Assembly (NCBI GenBank): GCA_051294375.1
Contig: CM119263.1
Span: 24,966,688-25,030,687 of the forward strand
Direction: 5' to 3'
Source of the DNA: Paraspadella gotoi
Lineage: Eukaryota > Animalia > Chaetognatha
Length of the DNA stretch: 64,000 nt
Of the stretch, positions 59,883-64,000 are shown piece after piece. How positions within the stretch are numbered: position 1 is the stretch's first letter; the number at the start of each line of letters is the position of its first letter. The position numbers and the translations under genes were made by a program. The notes below the pieces were generated by a model, which was not told where the DNA came from, searched no databases, and saw nothing but the letters and a program-made list of their open reading frames with translations.

Positions 59883-60390
59883 CTAGAAATCTACTATGAA
59901 ATTAAATTCAACTTTAGTCTTGAAGTCTACTTTCAGGTAAAAAAAGAATTTTTTAAAAAAGTTCTATTTTAATGCTTTTATTGTTGCTTTCCAAATTACT
60001 ATATAATGAAAAATTTTTTTTTAATCAATCTTAACTTTTTTGATGGATTCTGATAGAGCATAAAAAGTTAAATAAAAAATATAATTACAACATTCAAAAA
60101 TTTTTGTTTTCTTGGTCAAAATTAAGAAAAAATAATATAATTATCGAAAGATGATGATGATTATAAATAGTTTTTCATATTTTTCACCCACTTATGCAAG
60201 CTACCTGAATCTTATCTTATTTTTAACCTTTCCTATTTATAAATAAATATTTACAAATTAGTATATGGAGTATGGAGTAATATTAAATTTTTTTGTCTTT
60301 TCAAATTTTTTAAAAAATGTCTAAATTTTCGTTTGAGCAGGTGCTTAATTCAAATTTCTTAACCACCTTACTGAGTTAGGCTCCCCCCTA
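59883..60390 (-). mobile_element. ~500-bp AT-rich repeat, copy 2 (inverted relative to 39770-40375)
   Basis: Reverse complement of copy 1 with the same two termini and internal deletions. Confidence 0.85.
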
Positions 60391-60614
60391 CTTTAACCTA
60401 GCATCCTTATCCTAGTCAAAAAAATAAAGAAAATACGGTAAAACGATTTGTTATAATATCCTATTAATTTAAACTAGCTACAAAATTATTAGTTAAAGAA
60501 TATTCTATTGGGACATTTATATTCGACGCAATCGAAAATTTAAAATCATTTAGCGTTATAATTATCCATGATCGAAAGTTAACATCAATTGTACACTGCA
60601 TAGAAATGAGAGCG

Positions 60615-63600
60615 CTAGTAATCAAATTTCGTAGTTAGATTGTCGTTGCCTCGATTTCTTTGCCTTTTGTTTTCTAAGACTTTGTGAAGAACCTTCTCTT
60701 TGTATAATTCGGCTTTAATTCTGTTTTCGTATTTGAGTTTTCTCGCCGATGCCTCTGCCCGCTTTTTGTTCAGATAGTTCTTTTTGAGTTCCGAAGTCTG
60801 TGAAAGTCATATCTGATGAGCACAATCTTTTTATTGGCAGAGGGAATTTTTTGTATTCTTAATCACCTTGATAAGGTCTCTGCTCTTTTCCTGGAGCGCT
60901 TTCGCCTCTTCAGGAATCTGCAGTTGATGACTGAAGGGATGGGATAGTTGGTTCGTGGATAAAACGTCCGAACCTCCATGTCGTCGGTTGTGATGGAAAA
61001 AGATTGCCGCTTCGTCGTCAAGAAGACCGGATTCCTAAAAATGGTCATATAATTTTTTAATTTTTAGCTTAAAATTATAGTTTTTCTAAATTTGGACCAA
61101 TTGAATGATATAATTTTAGAATAAAAATTAGATTTTCTTATATCAACTTTTTGCAAGGAATATAAATCCAGGAATAAAATTTGGAAATTATTATTTAAGT
61201 CTTTATTTTTATATTTTAAAAGCTCATGTAAATTTTATAAAATTTTAATAATTTGATTTATCATAACTTATAATTTTTATTTTTTATGACAATAATATAT
61301 ACATTAAAAATCGTCATTTTCGACAAGAAAGATAAAATTATTTAAAAAAAAAATGGTCATCACCATCGAATTCTAGATTTGTTATTTTTAAACGCCCTAC
61401 TAACCACCCCTAATCCTTAACCACCTTTAACTTAATTGCTAACCGTTTAAAAAATATAACATAAAAATATTATTTTTCCTTTCATTTCGTTGCATTATTT
61501 GTTTGAGGTAGAAAATGAATTATTTATGTACAGAGTTTTATTAAGAAACATATTTATAATTTGAAGAGAGTCTGTAAAAATATTTTTTTCACAACTAAAT
61601 TCGTTTTTGCACTGAAGGCTTACATTGAAGCCGAAACATATCCAAAATTTGTTTTCTTTATAGAACTTAACAAAAATTTATATTACTGTGTAAAAAAATA
61701 TGTATTAATGAGGCAAACTAAGATTCGATGTTAGAGGGAAAACAAAATATAATGGATTAACAAACCACCGACCGTTTGTAGCTAAGGTTGGTTGCGGACG
61801 TCGAATAGAAAAGTTTCCCTAACAAAGTTTATCATTAAAAACGACCCAGACTTTAAAATTCGTGCCACCTGTCGATATGAGGCCATAATTTGGAGCTTTC
61901 GCTGTCTTTGAGCACAATTGTAGATAAAATCTTTTCTCTTCATTTCGCACGCCGTTTGAAGACTGAGGACGTCTTGAAGATTTCTAGGCGTAGTTAAATG
62001 AGTGCAGCCGCAGGACCGGAGTCCACATTGACCGCAGGGGATTCCGGGACAAGCGCAGGGGCACGAGTTGCAAGAGGAACAAGTTGTATCCGAGAAGGGC
62101 AGGAACCAACCTAAACCTGAATCAAACAGGACTTGCGTTGAATGGATATACCGTAGATTATAGAACGAATGAGTAGTCTAAATAATGAAAATTGCTATGT
62201 TGTCAACTTTTAGTTTTTAAACACTATGTATATTAAACCTCTGGGAAACTTTTGTTGAAGAACGCCGATGCGTTCTTCGGAGTTTTCGTCCTTATGCTCC
62301 GCTGGTGATTCCATGATTTTGGGCGCTTTAAATTGACAGTGTACCAAGGAGGCATCAAAATTGTTATTCGCAGATGTCACTTTATAATTATTCCAGTTTT
62401 GGTTTAATTCACGAGAACTTAAAAAAAAATCATAAAATATTTAATACAAGTCAATACATTACATAGGATGCAAATTTCTTTATCGTACGAACCTTTCGTC
62501 AAAATGATTAATTTCTGACCCTGCGGATGAAAATCCCGATGATTCCATATCGTCATCTGACGTAGAATCCCCTCGTAACTGGCGTTGAACTTCTTCGCGC
62601 CAGCCCTTCCGTGATCTGACGCCATGCTTTCGGCGTCTTACCCGCTCCCGCCGAAACCATTTTTCCTTTCCCAAAATACGGTTCCACGTACGATCCTCAG
62701 TCGAAGTGTCGGAATCGCAACTTTCCGATTCAGTCATCGGCTTCATGATGAAAGGTTCCGTACGGACAAGATCCTCATTCATCTGCCGCGCTTCCCTGCT
62801 TTCTATCATTCTTTCTACTCTCTCTAAAGTTTTTTTTAAATCTTCCACAGTTTCGAAGTTGTCGTCATCGATGATTGGGGCAGAACCGGTTAATGATTTC
62901 ACTGTGTATTTTACTAATAGAAAGGATTTAGAGTAAGTTCCGTTTGACCGTAGGTATTTTTAATGTCCATCTTCATGGCTTTTCTTACCTGCTGAAGTTG
63001 AGTTATTAATATTCTGGTTTTTCTCTTTATTTTCTTTTGTTTTTTCATCGTGAAAGGCTTTACCGTGACATGAACGATTTTTGCCACAATAATTGTCTTC
63101 GCATTCGGCGTGTTGGGTTATTTTGCAGCATTTTCCTCGGCTATTCTGGCAACACCCCGTGCACCCTCTTCCCTGACCTCCGTTACAAACCGTTTGGTGA
63201 CCCCCATTACAGTTGTTTCCGCAGTTTCTATTATGCTTCGACCGTCTCTGACATATGCAGCCTGAAATAGTGTCGGGAACGACTATTTTCTTACAATCTT
63301 CTACTTGCCAACCGTATTTTCCCCGTACCATGATCATTTTTTCGGCGACAAAGAGCTTTGTGCCGCCCCCTGGTTTGCATCCTTGCTCGGGTGTTTGCCT
63401 TCACATCCGTCATAAAGTTTTCGAAGTAAGGACAAAATCTAGGAGGCTTTCCGCAGCAGGGCGTCTTCCAGGCGCCGTCAACGACCTCGTCGCAAACGCA
63501 GGATTTTCCGCCACGTCTTACGGAGACTGCAGTGTCTGTGCCGCACCTCGTTAAGGGCTCGTCTTTCTCGTCTAGGAGACGCTTTAACTCTCGCCAGGCG

Positions 63601-64000
63601 TCATCGCAAGCGCAGCGTTCACCGTCGCAATGTCCGCCGTAAGAATACCCTTGGCCGTGGACATGAGGGTTCGCCAAGGACAGATGATCCTTTCCGTTAT
63701 TACCCGCTGTTTTAGACCCTGTAATTATTTTAATTGTCAGCTTACTGTATCGAACTTAGCATACCACTCTCTCATAAACTGATAAAGATGTATATAAACT
63801 ATACCCTCACTAACCCTCACCTCTCCCGTCGTCTCTATCATCCACAGCATCCGCCTTTCCAGTATTAACAGACTCCTGCGCGTTGACGTTATAATCTATC
63901 CGTTTCCGATCGAGAAAAACATCGATTTGATTCTGAATATAGTCTTTGATCCAGGCCATGTTCTTCCTCCATTCAAAGCCGGACGCCCATCCACTGGTCG
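60615..64000 (-). CDS. Uncharacterised multi-exon Cys-rich protein, 5' end outside the window
   Basis: Open frame from the window edge splices in phase (GT-AG) into the ORF segments at 63291-63677, 62960-63337 and 62480-62902. A further Cys-rich exon lies near 62117-61870 (CSSCNSCPCACPGIPCGQCGLRSCGC). 3' exons are approximate. Confidence 0.5.

Noticed and set aside
39770-60390. Polinton/Maverick (size and long inverted repeats fit)
   Set aside because: No pPolB, integrase, ATPase or capsid ORFs and no 6-bp TSD; the contents are cellular genes.
60812-60850. CTGATGAG possible hammerhead core
   Set aside because: No GAAA after the putative helix II.

Overview
Compact, AT-rich, microsatellite-rich genomic DNA from an invertebrate animal (standard code, mostly short GT-AG introns). 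I cannot identify the species. Bases 1-~3430 are a degenerate poly-T tract, probably an assembly or read artefact, that truncates an aromatic L-amino acid decarboxylase (Ddc, minus strand). The 7-kb first intron of Ddc hosts a same-strand XK-family membrane gene and two fold-back repeats carrying Penelope-type minimal hammerhead motifs. Next come a PDGF/VEGF ligand gene with an antisense nested peptide-type GPCR, a divergent NAA50-like acetyltransferase, a Tbx1/Tbx20-subfamily T-box gene and a TRPC channel. Six tightly packed co-oriented genes follow: ERMP1, a bacterial-type monomeric NADP-isocitrate dehydrogenase with a mitochondrial-type presequence, ANKFY1, a POLR1D-isoform-2-like protein, a homologue of plant NO EXINE FORMATION 1, and a KH protein. 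This block looks operon-like and is bracketed by two inverted copies of a ~500-600 bp repeat. A partial Cys-rich gene ends the window. All family assignments come from motifs recognised by eye; no searches were run.
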